Shown: positions 24,601 through 37,943 of the stretch, piece after piece | How positions within the stretch are numbered: position 1 is the first letter of the stretch | How the letters are laid out: the number at the start of each line of letters is the position of its first letter | NCBI GenBank assembly: GCA_043228905.1 | Contig: JBHGNT010000007.1 | Location: 19,406,001-19,470,000 of the forward strand | Direction of reading: 5' to 3' | Source: Azolla caroliniana | Lineage: Eukaryota > Plantae > Polypodiophyta | Length of the DNA: 64,000 nt | The notes under the pieces: generated by a model | What the model was told of the DNA's origin: nothing | What the model saw: the letters and a program-made list of their open reading frames with translations, nothing else | The model's database searches: none | Translations under genes and position numbers: made by a program

Positions 24601-26860
24601 GGACAACAAAGTTCAACATCAATGGAATGTACTGGGCCATCTGGAAGCTCCGGTAGTAAATCTGAATCAAATGCATGGAGTGGAAAAAATGCAAGGCAGA
24701 AAAAATATGATGATAAAAAGGGAAACAGAAGATGCCAGCGTATGAAATGCTTGATGATGGATCTAGAAACATGGAAGATGTAGATTCAGATACATCATTG
24801 GATGATGAGCTTGGTATAGGATCCCTGAAAATCCCTGGTATGGAAAGGGCAATGAAGGATGCAAATAAAAAATTGAGAAGATCATATAGAGAGAAAAAGA
24901 CTGTTGAAAGATTTGGTTATGACACATATATGGCTATGCCTTATGCATACATGTCTAAAGTGGTACAAGTCCTTGATCCAAATAGCTTTGATGAAGCAAA
25001 AGCCGAGAAAAAATGGGTGAATGCAATGCAAGAAGAAATAGATGCATTGGCTGAAAACAGAACATGGGATTTGGTAAAGTTACAGAAAGGAAAAAATGTG
25101 GTAGGTTGCAAATGGGTCTACAAGACAAAGCATGATTCTGATGGAAATGTTAGTAGACATAAAGCAAGACTTCTAGCAAAGGGATATGCACAAATGCAAG
25201 GTATTGATTATGATGAAACATTTGCACCGGTTGCAAAGATGGCAACCTTGAGAACATTACTTACTGTGAGTGCAGCCAAAAGATGGGTTTTGCACCATAT
25301 GGATGTAAAAAATGCTTTTTTACATGGTAACTTGGAAGAAGAAGTGTATATGTGTCAACCACCGGGTTTTGAAGATAGGAAGCATCCTGAATATGTTTGT
25401 AAGCTGAAAAAGGCTCTCCATGGACTGAAACAAGCACCGAGAGCATGGCACAGGGAACTTTCAGAATCTCTGAAAAATTTTCCTTTCAAAATGTCGAAGG
25501 TTGATCCATCATTATATGTAAAGAAGATAAATGATTGCATTGTTGTGATCTTGATATATGTTGATGATCTAATCATTGGAGGTGATTCTATGGAAGAGAT
25601 AAGTAAGTTGAAGAAAAATTTGGAAATGCAATTTCAGATGAAGGATTTGGGAGAGCTGAGATACTTTCTTGGCATTGAGATGATAAGATTTGAGAGTGGT
25701 ATATATATGTTGCAAAAATAGTATGCAACAACTATGTTGAAGAAGTATGGTATGCTTGGATGCAAACCTATTGGTATACCACTAGATAAGAACTGCAAAT
25801 TGAGGGCTCATTTGGGAGCCAAAATAAAAGATGTAAACATGTATAGGTCTATGGTGGGCAGCCTCATATATTTGACCATAACAAGACCGGATTTGAGTTA
25901 TGTTGTTGGATTAATCAGCCAGTTTATGCAATAGCCAACAAAGCCACATTTGGACTGCATAAGAAGAATTCTGAGGTATGTAAAAGCTACTCAGAACTAT
26001 GGACTGTTTTACAGGGCTGATCTAGACATAAAGCTAGAAGGATATACAGATGCTAATTTGGCTGGAAGCCAAACTGATAGAAGATCCACAAGTGGATATA
26101 TGTTTACATTGGGAAGTGCAACTATTTCATGGAGTAGCAAGAAACAAGCTACTGTTGCATTGTCAAGTACTGAAGCTGAGTATAAAGGAGCTGCAATAGC
26201 TACCTATGAAGAGGTATGGATCAGAAGATTGCTTTCTGATTTGGGAGAATATATTGATGGTGTTGTCACAATTTGGTGTGACAATATGAGTATCATTCAG
26301 CTGGCAAAAAACCCAGTGTTCCAATCAAGAACAAAGCACATTGAAGTGCATTATCACTTTGTTAGAAAAAAAGTGATTGATGGAGAACTGGATCTGTTGT
26401 ATGTAAGTACAAATCAACAAGTGCCTGATATTCTTATGAAGAGATTGAGCATGGTAAAACATACACAGTTTAGAGACATGATGGGAGTTATAACCATCGG
26501 CATGGTAGCTGAAAAGCATGAAGAAAAGAAGATTGAAGAAGACCTCAAGAAAGGATAAGTTGAGCTTGAGGGGGAGTGTTGAGAAGCAAGCTCAACAAAG
26601 CTATGTGATGCTTATTTAGAAATAAGCTATAATAGCTATTAGCTAATTAGCTAATTAGCTACTAGTGGACATAAAGGTGAAACAACTATTTAGCTATGCA
26701 CAACTATTTAGCTATTGACAGCTATTTAGTTTTAGACAGCTGATTAGCTACATATATAAGTCACTTATAACTTAGGTAAAAAGTAAGTAGAAAAGTAGAA
26801 GTAGTAAGTTGTAGAAGAGTGAGTAGTGCAGAGGTGAAGAACAGAAAATAGAAAACAAAC
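21644..26860 (+). mobile_element. Ty1/copia element, degenerate gag-pol, 3' LTR truncated
   Basis: 5' LTR 21644-22091, PBS TGGTATCAGAGC (tRNA-iMet) at 22092, gag CWHCGKPGH, integrase, RT YVDDL, RNase H, PPT GAGGGGGAG, 3' LTR 26577-26860. Confidence 0.95.
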
Positions 26861-28386
26861 GACATATGGCATTGACTACGGTGAGACTTTTGCACTTGTG
26901 GCAAAGATGAGCACTATTAGAACGCTTATTTCCTTAGCAGTGAATAAGGATTGGAAATTACATCAATTAGATGTAAAAAATGCATTCCTTCATGGAGAGT
27001 TGATGGAGGAAGTGTACATGGATTTCCCCCCCATGTTTTGGTACAATTCAAACAATAGGTAAGGTTTGCGGACTAAGGAAGTTGCTTTATGGATTGAAGC
27101 AATCTCCTCGAACCTGGTTCGACAAGTTAAGAAGGGCTATGGTGGGTATGGGATACCAACAGACAAATGCAGACCATACAGTGTTTTTTCAACAACACAA
27201 GGAGCATACTACATTACTTGTTATGTATGTGGATGATATAATTATCACAAGTAACTATGAAGGGGAAATTGCCCAATTGAAGGTGCAATTGGGTAAAGAG
27301 TTTGAGGTGAAGGATCTAGGATTGCTACGATACTTTCTTGGAATTGAGGTAGCTCGTGGAGCCGAAGGAGTTGTTCTATGTCAGCGATAATATGTATTAG
27401 ATCTTCTCATAGAAACTAGAATGTTGGGTTGTAGGCCCGTAGCTTCTCCAATCGACCAAAAGATCAAGCTAACTGAACTTGCAAGAGAGAAAGTTGATCA
27501 TGAAAGGTATCAAAGATTGGTAGGTCGGCTGATTTATTTGACTCACACCCGTCCAGATATTTCATTCACAGTAAGTGTCGTAAGTCGCTACATGCATGAT
27601 CCGAGGAAAGATCATATGGATGCAGTGTACCATATTTTGAGATATCTCAAAGGTGCCCCGGGGAAAGGATTAATCTTTAGAAAACATGGTCATTTTAACA
27701 TTGAGGGCTATTGTGATTCTGATTGGGCTAGTTGTGCTGATGATAGGAAATCCACATTAGGATACTGCATGTTTGTTGGAGGCAATCTGGTCTCTTGGAA
27801 GAGTAAGAAACAGTCAGTAGTAGTAAGGTCAATAGAAGCAGAGTATAGAGCTATTGCTATAGGAGTTGCAGAGATGTTATGGCTGAGAACTGTCCTAGTA
27901 GAACTAAAGGTGAATCAAGAAAATCAGATGATGTTGTGGTGTGACAATAAGTCAGCAATCAACATTGCCAACAATCCGGTATAGCACGATAGGACCAAGC
28001 ACATCGAAATCAACAGATTCTTTATCAAGGAAAAGCTTGATAATAGAATATTAAAATTGAGTGATGTTTCTACTGAACATCAAGTAGCAAATTGTCTTAC
28101 AAAGGGAATTGGGCCAGTAAGTCTTACTAGATTGTGTAACAAGATAGGCTTAGTGGATATTTTTCACCCATCTTGAGGGGGAGTGTTGAGAATGTTTAAA
28201 AGTCATAACGGCTAGCCCAACGGCTAGTTGTTTCCAATTTAGCTAGTTAGCCCAACAGCCACATCTTGGCCTTTATAAAGAGGAACTTTCTCCTCTTGTA
28301 AAAATAAGCGATCTCTATATTTTCTCCCTCTAGTTGTGACATACCAATGTATATTACTGAACAAATGTGCCTTCTCCTTCTTCTTT
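26861..28386 (+). mobile_element. 3' part of a different Ty1/copia (RT, RNase H, PPT, partial LTR)
   Basis: Starts mid-RT ([10 protein letters not shown]), YVDDI, CDSDWA, PPT GAGGGGGAG, then TGTTGAG at ~28184. Confidence 0.9.
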
Positions 28387-28641
28387 ACTAAGTACATTGT
28401 AACTTGCCCACAAAATATTCTAGTTGACTTGATTAGCCAATCCTATTACCTATTTCGCTCTTTCCTAAATACATTGTGTCCTACACATCTACGGTTTCCT
28501 AGATTAACACCTTATCAACCCATATGGTCGAGTTGCACACTAGCCACTCCTCATTTGGGGCGCTATCACAAAATGTGCACTCTAAGAACACATATGGGGA
28601 TAGATTTACAACTTCAGGCTGATCATTGATTATATCTAACA
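28387..28641. repeat. Right LTR-like end of the outermost nest element (duplicate of 5128-5365)
   Basis: Near-identical ~238-bp direct repeat followed by ...TCTAACA. Confidence 0.75.
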
Positions 28642-28968
28642 TCACCATGGTGCGCACTATGCACATGGCATCTTGAGGAGTCACTATGCACATGGTTCCA
28701 AAGTTGAGATATCTTTTCAATAGCTTTTTGAAATAAAGACCCATTCTTTGATAACAAAAGTCAATTCTTCTTAGCAAGACTGAAGAAAAACCTTCAAAAA
28801 AACAAATCTCTTTATTCTTCTACAGTTATGTATAGTTATCTCCTCTTCTACATTGTAAAGCCTTTGCATGTATAGTTATCTCCTCTTCTACATTGTTTCA
28901 TCCAATATCTCCTTTCTCTCCACAATTACTTCCACTTCTCACATTACTACTGATAACAAATCCTTTGC

Positions 28969-31107
28969 ATGTATCCACTTTTAAGCATGGTTAGACCCAT
29001 GAGCATTACTAGTACTCTCTATTGCCTTCTATTTCTGCTGTCTTCCTTTACACTACTGCGAACCTCCAATTCTTGCACGAGAGGAGAAGCCGATGCCCTT
29101 CTCCGGTTCACGAATGCTGTGGACATAACATCTCTCAAATATTGGGGTTTAAGAAACAGCAATGGGAACTTAATCATCAATGGGAACTTAAACAGCAATG
29201 AGAACTTAAACAGCAATGGGAACTGTTGTGATTGGGAAGGAGTGAGTTGTGATGCTGTTTCTGGACAGGTTGTGGGCATTTCTCTCTCCAGCAAAGGTCT
29301 TAATGGGACTTTAGCTGCAGGATTAGCCGACATTCCATCTCTTCAAGTTCTCAACGTTTCGAATAATTACTTACATGGGCCTCTCCCACAAGATCTCTCA
29401 ACGCTCTCATCCCTTCACACTCTTGATGTCAGTAGCAACCATTTCTCAGGCCAGCTGTCTGATGTATTAGTGAATTTGAGCTCTTTGCAATTGCTTAACC
29501 TCTCTACCAATGCCTTCAATGGTAGCTTGCCTTCTTCCTCTTCAAGGAATATGACCCATTTAAGGCTTTTTGTGTCTAGCAACAATGATTTAAGTGGAGA
29601 TTTGCCATTCCACCTATGCCAGAGTGCCAAATTCCTTCAACACTTGGATCTATCCTCTAACAATTTCTCAGGAACGCTCTCAAATGGTCTTGGCATCTGT
29701 CGTTCTCTCCGAGTATTGGATCTTGGTCACAACAACTTGGTGGGTAATCTACCCCGAGAACTCTACAACCTAACCTCATTAACAATGCTTCGCCTCACAA
29801 ATAACCATTTCGATGGCATGCTAGATAATGCCATTGGCAACCTAATCAATCTCTCTCATTTGATGTTGGGCTCCAACAACTTCACCGGACAACTTCCCTC
29901 GAACCTATCCTCGTGTACAAACCTAAAGGTATTCATCGCGGACACAAACAAATTCACTAATTCATTGGACATCGTCCCATTCAATCAATTCCCGATGCTA
30001 GAGAACCTTGATCTCAATAGCAATGCTTTTGTCGGGTCAATCCCATCCCCGTTAACGGAGTGTGCAACGCTCAAGAGCATAAACCTTGCGCACAACAAAC
30101 TTTCGGGGGAGGTCCCATCATCTTTGTATCGATTGAAGAACCTAACCACACTCTTGCTATCAAGCAACAGCCTTAATGTGAGCATAAGATCACTCGATGG
30201 GAGTGAACACCTCGTGGTGGTGATCTTATCCGAGAATGTGGTCTACGAGGCACTACCCGATAAGATGCAAGGGTTCACTAATCTACAATTTTTCTCTCTC
30301 AATAACATTGGCCTAAGGGGTTCGATTCCTGAGTGGTTGAGGATTAGTACAAAACTACAAGTGCTTGACCTTTCGTGGAACAACCTAACCGGATCAATCC
30401 CATCATGGATAGGGTCCTTTCCACATCTTTTCTATTTGGACTTATCCAACAATGCTTTCTCCGGAAATATACCGCCCGAGCTTTTCTCGTTGCTGGCGCT
30501 TATAAATCCCGATAACAACCTTACGGGATTGCAATTGGTTGTTAACAACCTCGCCATAGAACAAGAACTTGATGCTCAAGAGCTACAATACGCGCAAGTT
30601 TCAGATTTAGCTCCCTCGATTTACCTCTCCCACAATCACCTCCAGGGGTCCATACCTTCACAAATTGCTGCTTTTGTCATGCTTTTCGAGATGGATTTGA
30701 GTTTCAACAATTTATCGGGAAACATCCCAGACGCGATTGGCTATATGAACGATCTAAAGAGCCTTGATTTGTCACACAACTCTCTCACTGGTTTAATACC
30801 TCCAGCATTGGCAAATCCTTGGTTTCTAAGTTATCTGAGTGTTTCGTACAATCAACTCGAAGGTCCAATACCTCTCGGAAACAAATTCTCGACATTTTCT
30901 AACAAAAGTTATGAAGGGAACTCTGGTCTATGTGGTGCCCCTTTATCCTTTCCTTGTGGGAATGATGATGCCAACTCCTCTTCAGGGAGGACCAAAACCC
31001 CCATTAAGGCCACTGATATTTTTGAGCCGATTGGTGTGGTCATTGGTTATGTTGCATTCATAGTGGGCTGGTTCACTAGGTATGTCACGAGAAGAAAGAT
31101 GGGATAA
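28969..31107 (+). CDS. Intact intronless LRR receptor-like protein (PSKR/PSY1R/RLP2-3-like ectodomain, no kinase), 712 aa
   Basis: Signal peptide, N-cap CCDWEGVSC, ~20 plant LRRs, island-like segment, C-cap GNSGLCG, TM helix, short basic tail. Confidence 0.93.
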   Translation: MYPLLSMVRPMSITSTLYCLLFLLSSFTLLRTSNSCTRGEADALLRFTNAVDITSLKYWGLRNSNGNLIINGNLNSNENLNSNGNCCDWEGVSCDAVSGQVVGISLSSKGLNGTLAAGLADIPSLQVLNVSNNYLHGPLPQDLSTLSSLHTLDVSSNHFSGQLSDVLVNLSSLQLLNLSTNAFNGSLPSSSSRNMTHLRLFVSSNNDLSGDLPFHLCQSAKFLQHLDLSSNNFSGTLSNGLGICRSLRVLDLGHNNLVGNLPRELYNLTSLTMLRLTNNHFDGMLDNAIGNLINLSHLMLGSNNFTGQLPSNLSSCTNLKVFIADTNKFTNSLDIVPFNQFPMLENLDLNSNAFVGSIPSPLTECATLKSINLAHNKLSGEVPSSLYRLKNLTTLLLSSNSLNVSIRSLDGSEHLVVVILSENVVYEALPDKMQGFTNLQFFSLNNIGLRGSIPEWLRISTKLQVLDLSWNNLTGSIPSWIGSFPHLFYLDLSNNAFSGNIPPELFSLLALINPDNNLTGLQLVVNNLAIEQELDAQELQYAQVSDLAPSIYLSHNHLQGSIPSQIAAFVMLFEMDLSFNNLSGNIPDAIGYMNDLKSLDLSHNSLTGLIPPALANPWFLSYLSVSYNQLEGPIPLGNKFSTFSNKSYEGNSGLCGAPLSFPCGNDDANSSSGRTKTPIKATDIFEPIGVVIGYVAFIVGWFTRYVTRRKMG

Positions 31108-31720
31108 GATTTGACCACATAAAATCTCCTTTACCTTCAATAATATAATGGATTTTAAGGGGATGGGGACACAACAAATGTCAGCCAAATTTTGGAGCTT
31201 CTCTTTTTCATGATCATAAAGGACATCCAAAGTTGGTTGCAAACCTTTTGTCGGTTCAATGTAACATAACTATGTTCGATGAGTGCTTGGATTTCCTTTC
31301 TTCCATACACAAATATTGTGTTAATGCCGCTAAATTTATGTTTTATTCTTTCTTCCTCATTCTGTATTGAAGAATGATATGCTAAAATTCGTTTCTTTTG
31401 GCATTAAATTCTAATATGTTGTTCTCATCTCATATCCATGCTATTTGTTGTCAATGTACTTGGAAAAATCAACTTAAAAGGAAGGAAATAACCTAGAACT
31501 CATCAAGAAGAGAGTGAAGAGTCTTAAAGAACCCACGATAGGAAGAGAGGAGACCAAGCATGAGGAGATGCCCGTAGCGAAGGAGGCAACAAGTTTAGAA
31601 CAATGAGCATATATGTCTCATGGTTTGAATACCCTACTTCCCTAAGAGCTTACCTATACGATGCTATCCTCATTAATCGAGTACAACAATGCACGTGTTT
31701 TCAATTTCCCTTGGCACAAT
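31108..31720 (+). repeat. 3' flank of the RLP tandem unit, copy 2
   Basis: Similar to 672-1100 and 40727-41170. Confidence 0.85.
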
Positions 31721-32289
31721 ATAAACCCAAAGGTCTATGCAAATATGGAACACATGTATCGAGCCAAGAGTCGAGAACCTTCATGCCCTACATTCCTCTC
31801 TTTTTTATTCCTAGAGCAAGAGAAACTGCTCTACATAGAGACGAATTGAATTAGGACAAAGCAAAGAAAAGTAGTGGAGCTTATGCCCCCTCATAAAAGG
31901 TGAGGTTGCCAACATATGTGTATTACCTAGGTTCTTACATGAATGGTGGACACTACCTATAGACAAATCTAGTGTTCCAAGAATCCAAACATAATAATTG
32001 CAACAAGCTTGACTGAGGCCTAGCTTTTGATATCAATGTTTGGGCTCATTTTATGATCTGCCTTCCGTCGTCATAAGGTACCAGGAAAATTTTACAAACT
32101 TAAGCCTTCCTATCAATAATATGATTCCCTAAGGAGAGTTCCATGTATGAATTCTTGTTGATGATGTATTCTAATAGTATAATGTCTGAACATTGAAGGA
32201 TGTATCTTCAGTTTTAAATAGGAACTAAGATAAAATGGTGAAAAATTATGTGCATCTATATTGAGCATAGTTCTTCATGAAATCTTGTC

Positions 32290-33330
32290 TCGAGGAAATT
32301 TAAATATATTGTAAATGTGGATATTTTCAAAGAAATCACTCCTTTTGACATTTCTTAGTTTTTGCAAGTCAATGACACTTGTAGCACATTGTCCATCCAA
32401 CATATTTCTCACAATCAAGGAAATTTTTGTTGATTACACAAACACAAACATATGATTATTAAATACATGAATTTCTTGAGTAATTTTCACTTTAGTATAA
32501 ATGTCAATCACTCACACCATTGACTAGGCCCCATCCTGTAGATTGAAATTGTTGTGTGTACATTAGCACTATAAAAAATCTTATCCTAGTGCCTACATAA
32601 TAAATTGTAATCTTAAATTAATTTAAAGCACAAGTATACAAAATCATTGTTCACAGCAATATTTTCATAAGAGCTTGCTATTATTAAACAGAAAACTAAA
32701 TATAGGTGTTCTTGGGTCGTGACTCTTGCTTGTGTGGTACACATATTGGTTTTTTTCTAGTGTCATTTTGAAGATGCCTAACGTGACGGTTGTCAAATAA
32801 GATAATCATCACATTCATATTGACAATGACAATCTTGAGGTGGGTAAAATATCTATATCGTAAAGGCCATATGTAATGAACAATGTATATAGTTATTGGA
32901 TTTGACCGAAAGAATAAAAAACAATTTATCATTAATCATAAGTTCTTTCAATATCTCTCTCGTGTGGGTTTTTCTTTTCTCTTGTTGCCTTAGTGATATA
33001 CACCATAGCATTAAGGTCATGAATTTTAGAGAAGCCATGTTTGGTCCTGGCTATGGGCTTGCCCCCATCCCATTGATCACAATTGGTCTGTCGGTGACCT
33101 CCACATTTTTATTATCTAGGGAGTGGATTAGGGCTTCATGCTCCCTATACAATACTTGGCTAAATTTATTTTTAGCAATTATGAGAAGTTATTGAGTTGG
33201 GTTATAATTTGATGCTCAACAATAAATTCCTTTGTATTATGAATGAATCACCATGGTGCTCACATGGCATCTTCAGGTGTCACCATGGTGATCATTACTC
33301 ACATGACATCTCAAGGAATCACTATGGTGC
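32290..33330 (+). repeat. Upstream block of the third RLP unit
   Basis: Colinear with 3765-4745 plus 28642-28690. Confidence 0.75.
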
Positions 33331-34216
33331 TCAGTCGTATGCAAGATATAGCCACGATGAATGTGTTGACATTGGGATGTGTCAATCAACACGCAACCTT
33401 TGTGAGTCACTCTACACAACACAAAGTATAGCAAAGTGCCAACACTTCGTCTATGTTAGACTCCTCATAATACAACTAGTAGCAAGCTTATCGACCATAT
33501 GCTATTGTACATATAATCTCTATCCCAATGTAATATTATATTGTTCCTAACAATCATCATTGTAACATTAGCAACAACTAACACACAACCCTCTCATAAA
33601 AGAGTGGACTTATATATAGGCCATTGAAGACCCATATATTATGTTAAATGCCTAATTCTGGATGCATATGCACACTTTGCACTACCACGGTCAACATCCC
33701 ACTCATATACCTAGGTGACAATCTTCTAAGATACATCAAAGTTGTTTTTTACACCCCCCAAAATGCTCCCCTGCTACCCATGATGATAAACGTCGAGACC
33801 TGAAGCAATTTTATGCACCACGTGAGCAACAAGATGCCTCGATTCACCCACTTTTCTTTTTGTATCGTTGAGAACCTCAAGTTGCAACTAGAAGTGTTTC
33901 CCTCAGAACATATGGATGTGTGTATGTGTATGTATGGGTGTGTGTGTGTGTGTGTGTGTGTGTGTTTCCCTTTCACATTCATTCAATCAAACTCCAATTT
34001 TGAATACAAAAAGAAGGCAGAGAGCTACAAAATACAGGGATACAGAAAGAGAGCTCTCTCTCCTCTTTGCAGACTCAAACAAGGGATTGAGTGTGTTGTA
34101 GGTTCAAGCATTGTTATGGTACGTCTTTTCTTCTGCTTCTACATATGTATGTACATGTATTTTGGGCATGTGTGTATGCATATACATGCCTTTTGTACGT
34201 GTATATAACCATCACA

Positions 34217-34250
34217 AGGATTAGGCAACACTCCATCTCTTCAAGTTCTC
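34217..34250 (+). pseudogene. Tiny remnant of a third RLP coding sequence
   Basis: aggattaggcaacactccatctcttcaagttctc versus aggattagccgacattccatctcttcaagttctc at 29319-29352. Confidence 0.55.
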
Positions 34251-34479
34251 GATTTGGCCCATGTAATTGAAAAGCTAATTTGGGATTAAACATGGTGCCC
34301 AAATAGAAAAGAAAAAACATAAAAAATAAAAATTTAGCAGCCTAACAACAATCAACTCAAAAACAGTTGCAGGAATTTTGAACAAATTATAAGCAGTTCT
34401 TGAATTTGCGTAATCCACGGCCTGCCGCATGTTCGCCTGACGATTGGTGGGCTGCCGCCCACATGTGAAACGACTGCTG

Positions 34480-34860
34480 GGAAAAACGAAGAAAAAGAAA
34501 AAAGAAAAATGAAAGAAAAAAGGAAAAAAGAAAAAGGGAAAAGAGAAAAGAGAAAAGAAAAGGAAAAAGGAAAAATAAAAAAGAAAAAGGAAAAAAGAAA
34601 AAAGGGAAAAGAAAAAAAGGGGAAAAGAGAAAAAAGAAAAAGGAACAAAAAAAAAGAGGAAAAAAAAAAAGAAAAAAGAGAAAAAAGAGAAAAAAGAGAA
34701 AAAAGAAGAAGAAAAGGTAAATAATAAAATAAAGCAATACGAAAATTTAAGAGTTTTTTTTAATAGAAAAGCATAAAAATAAAAAACAAAAAAAAAGATG
34801 ATGGAGAAAAAGCATTAAAAAATATGTGTTTGAACGAAAGAAAAGAAACGAAGAAAACGA
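34480..34860 (+). repeat. A-rich polypurine low-complexity tract
   Basis: Almost exclusively A/G from ~34490 to 34717. Confidence 0.9.
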
Positions 34861-34959
34861 TTGCCTTGATGCTCCTATCATGAGGACACCTGAAGCCAAG
34901 AAAGCACGCACAATAGTAGGAGAGAAACTCTGATGCTCTATTCATGAAAAGAATGTAGT

Positions 34960-35680
34960 CACTACACCTTCATAAAAATGGTGGCATCAGTTCGGGAGTT
35001 GGAAATTGTTTTCGAAGCCACTAAGGACCCACGATGGGTTGAAGCGATGAACGAGGAGATACAAGCACTCTCCAAGAACAAGACATGGGATCTCGTCCCC
35101 TCTTCACCCCATCATAAAGCAATCAGATGTTGGTGGATATACAAGGTGAAGCACAACGTTGACAACACCGTTAATCGGTATAAAGCCTGACTTATCGCCA
35201 AAGGGTATACATAGACACATAGGGTTGATTATGAAGAGACTTTTGCTCTAGTGGCAATTTGAAAGATGACTCCATTCAAACTGTGATCATGCTTGTAGCA
35301 GCAAAAGGGTGGCACCTCCAGTAGATGGATGTAAATAACGACTTTCTCTAAGGTGAATTAGATGAGGAATACATGGTACGACCTCCTGACTTCAAGTTGA
35401 TTACGCATCCAACTGCCATCTGCCGATTTAAAAAGCCTCTCTACAACCTCAAGTAGGCATCTAGAGTATGACATTCAAAGATAACTCAATATCTTCAACA
35501 AATCGGCTTCAGAATGTCCAAGTCTAACAATTCCCTATTCATTCGGAGGGACTCCAGAGGACAATTGTTTATCATAATGCATGTGGATGACTTGGTTATT
35601 GGAGGAGAGCACATAACAGATATCAATCATATCAAGAAGGTTCTATTCGGCCGATTCAAAATGAAAGATATGAAGGGAAG
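34960..35680 (+). mobile_element. Degenerate Ty1/copia RT fragment
   Basis: WVEAMNEEIQAL..NKTWDLV; HVDDLVIGG. Confidence 0.85.
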
Positions 35681-35985
35681 AAGTAATTTGAAATCCAGAT
35701 GGCATCATGAGAATCAAACTCAACTTCCCTAGTGTGGGAACACAACTTAAGAATAGTCAAGTGTGTGAACACCCCACCACTTTGTATCAACTAATGTGTC
35801 ATAGAAGTTAAGCCCTATGACACATAGTTACTAGGTAATTAAGTCTCCACCTCTTTTTCAAGAGGTGGTTGTAGTGAGAGAATATAGAGAGAAGGTGACT
35901 ACATAAGCACCTTCTCCTCTTCCTTGTAACTATTGTTTGTTTATTTTCTTTTTAATACAATTTTCTTGTTTTCTATATATCTTGT

Positions 35986-36028
<43 letters not shown>

Positions 36029-37943
36029 GTGAGATGTTATTGTATATGCTGCACATAGGGTTGGCAAAAAGCAACTAGAGGGAAAGTCATCTCGAGTTAT
36101 TGTTTGTACAATCCTTGATGAATGTAAAAGGGCAATGATTCTAGATAGTAGTAAGGTGTACTTAAAAGGGACAAGTGTTTCTGTAATGGAGGATAGAACT
36201 CCACAAGAGTAGGAACGTAGAAGGCAAGCATATGCATTTACGAAAGCAAATCAAACGGCATAGCAAGCAACGACTTATGGGACTATAAGTGCTTCACGAT
36301 TGAAAGTTACCTCATAAAATCGATATGGCCTCACTCCAAAGGGAATATTGGGCATGCTGGGATAGCATGTATCTACCATGAGAGCTCAGATAATTCTATC
36401 AAAGTATGCAAATATGATGACTATAAGAGATACATTTGGATAAAGGTTAATTTGGGGAAAGAGAAGTTGTATATAGTTGCATGTTAGATTCCTCACAAAG
36501 ACTCAAACTACTATAGTAGGTTTGGGTTAGATTGTGACGATCCTTTTACAGAATGATGCCATGATATACTTTTATTGAGAAGCTCGATAAAGTTTTAATT
36601 ATGGGAGACTTCAATGCAAGAGTTAGAAATTTCCAAAATGTGGAGACATTTGAAGAAAATGTAGTAGAACATTGTCTATTGCGTGACTCAAAGGATTGTG
36701 TCATGTTAGATTATGGAAAACTTTTGATACATATGTTAAATTGCACAAACTTGATTATCCTAAATGGTATAAAGGCATTCCCATTGACAAATAGCTCACA
36801 TGTTTACCATCCTCGGGTGGAGGAAGTGTGGTTGATTACACATTAATGTTGGCATGTGATCTATCATTGGTGAATGTGTTTAAAGGTGATTCTCTATCTC
36901 CGGACTCAGACCAGAAGTCATTGTACTTAGAGCTTGCAATTCCACATTTCACCAATAGATGCCATGGAGTGAAAGACGAAAAGAGATGTATCATCCGACC
37001 TTGCTACGAAAAAGTTAAGATGTATGCAAATGAAGTGGAGAACGATGTTAATGAAAATTGGCAACATCTGAGGGATATCATCCTTAAGGTTGGGTATCAA
37101 TACTTTAAGAGGCATGTGGGTGGGCATAAGATGTGCTTTTTTCCATGTAATTCTTGGTTCGATGATGAATGTAAGATGTATCTCAAATGGTTTAAGCCAA
37201 TAGAATGGGAAAATGAAAAGATTGTTGCATGACACCTATATAAGAAAGTAGTAAGGAGAAAGAAAAGAAGATATTTTGAAATGCAAGAGATGAAAAAGAA
37301 AAACTTGTTTAAGCTCAAACCAAAATTAGCATGGGAACAACTCAAAGGGTAAGAAAGAAGATGTGAAAGGTCACTTTACAAATGAAGAGAAGTTAAGACT
37401 ATGTACAAAGACTATATATGCATAAAGGTGCGGCTCCTATGGTTGAGAAAATTTAAATACCATGCACTATATGTATCAATATTGATGATGTCAATAAGGG
37501 AATAAAGAAGATGGCGAGTGGGAAATCAGCAGATGCAACCTACGTCTCAAGTGAGCTTTTAAAATGGACAATGCCACATACTCGTCATTGGATAATGACA
37601 ATTATAGAGCAAGCTATAAAACAAGGATTTCCAAATGATTGGCTTATCAATTGGATTAAACCAATATTTAAAGCCGGAGATAAGAATCAAGTATCAAATT
37701 ATCGTACAATAATGGTGAGCTCAACTATTGCTAAATTATATAGCACTATTATGGAGCAAAAGATAAGTACATGGGCTGAAAGTACAAGCAAAAGAGCACT
37801 TGGGCAAGCAGGATTTAGACCAAAACACTCCATTGTGGATTGTTTGATCACATTGAGGGTAATCATGGAAGAGGGTTGAGTACAAGGAAAAACAATTTTT
37901 TGTTGTTTTGTTGATTTTAAGAAAGCTTTCGATACCGTACGAT

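Noticed and set aside
34352-34737. Phe-rich and Lys-rich ORFs
   Set aside because: Translations of a low-complexity purine tract.
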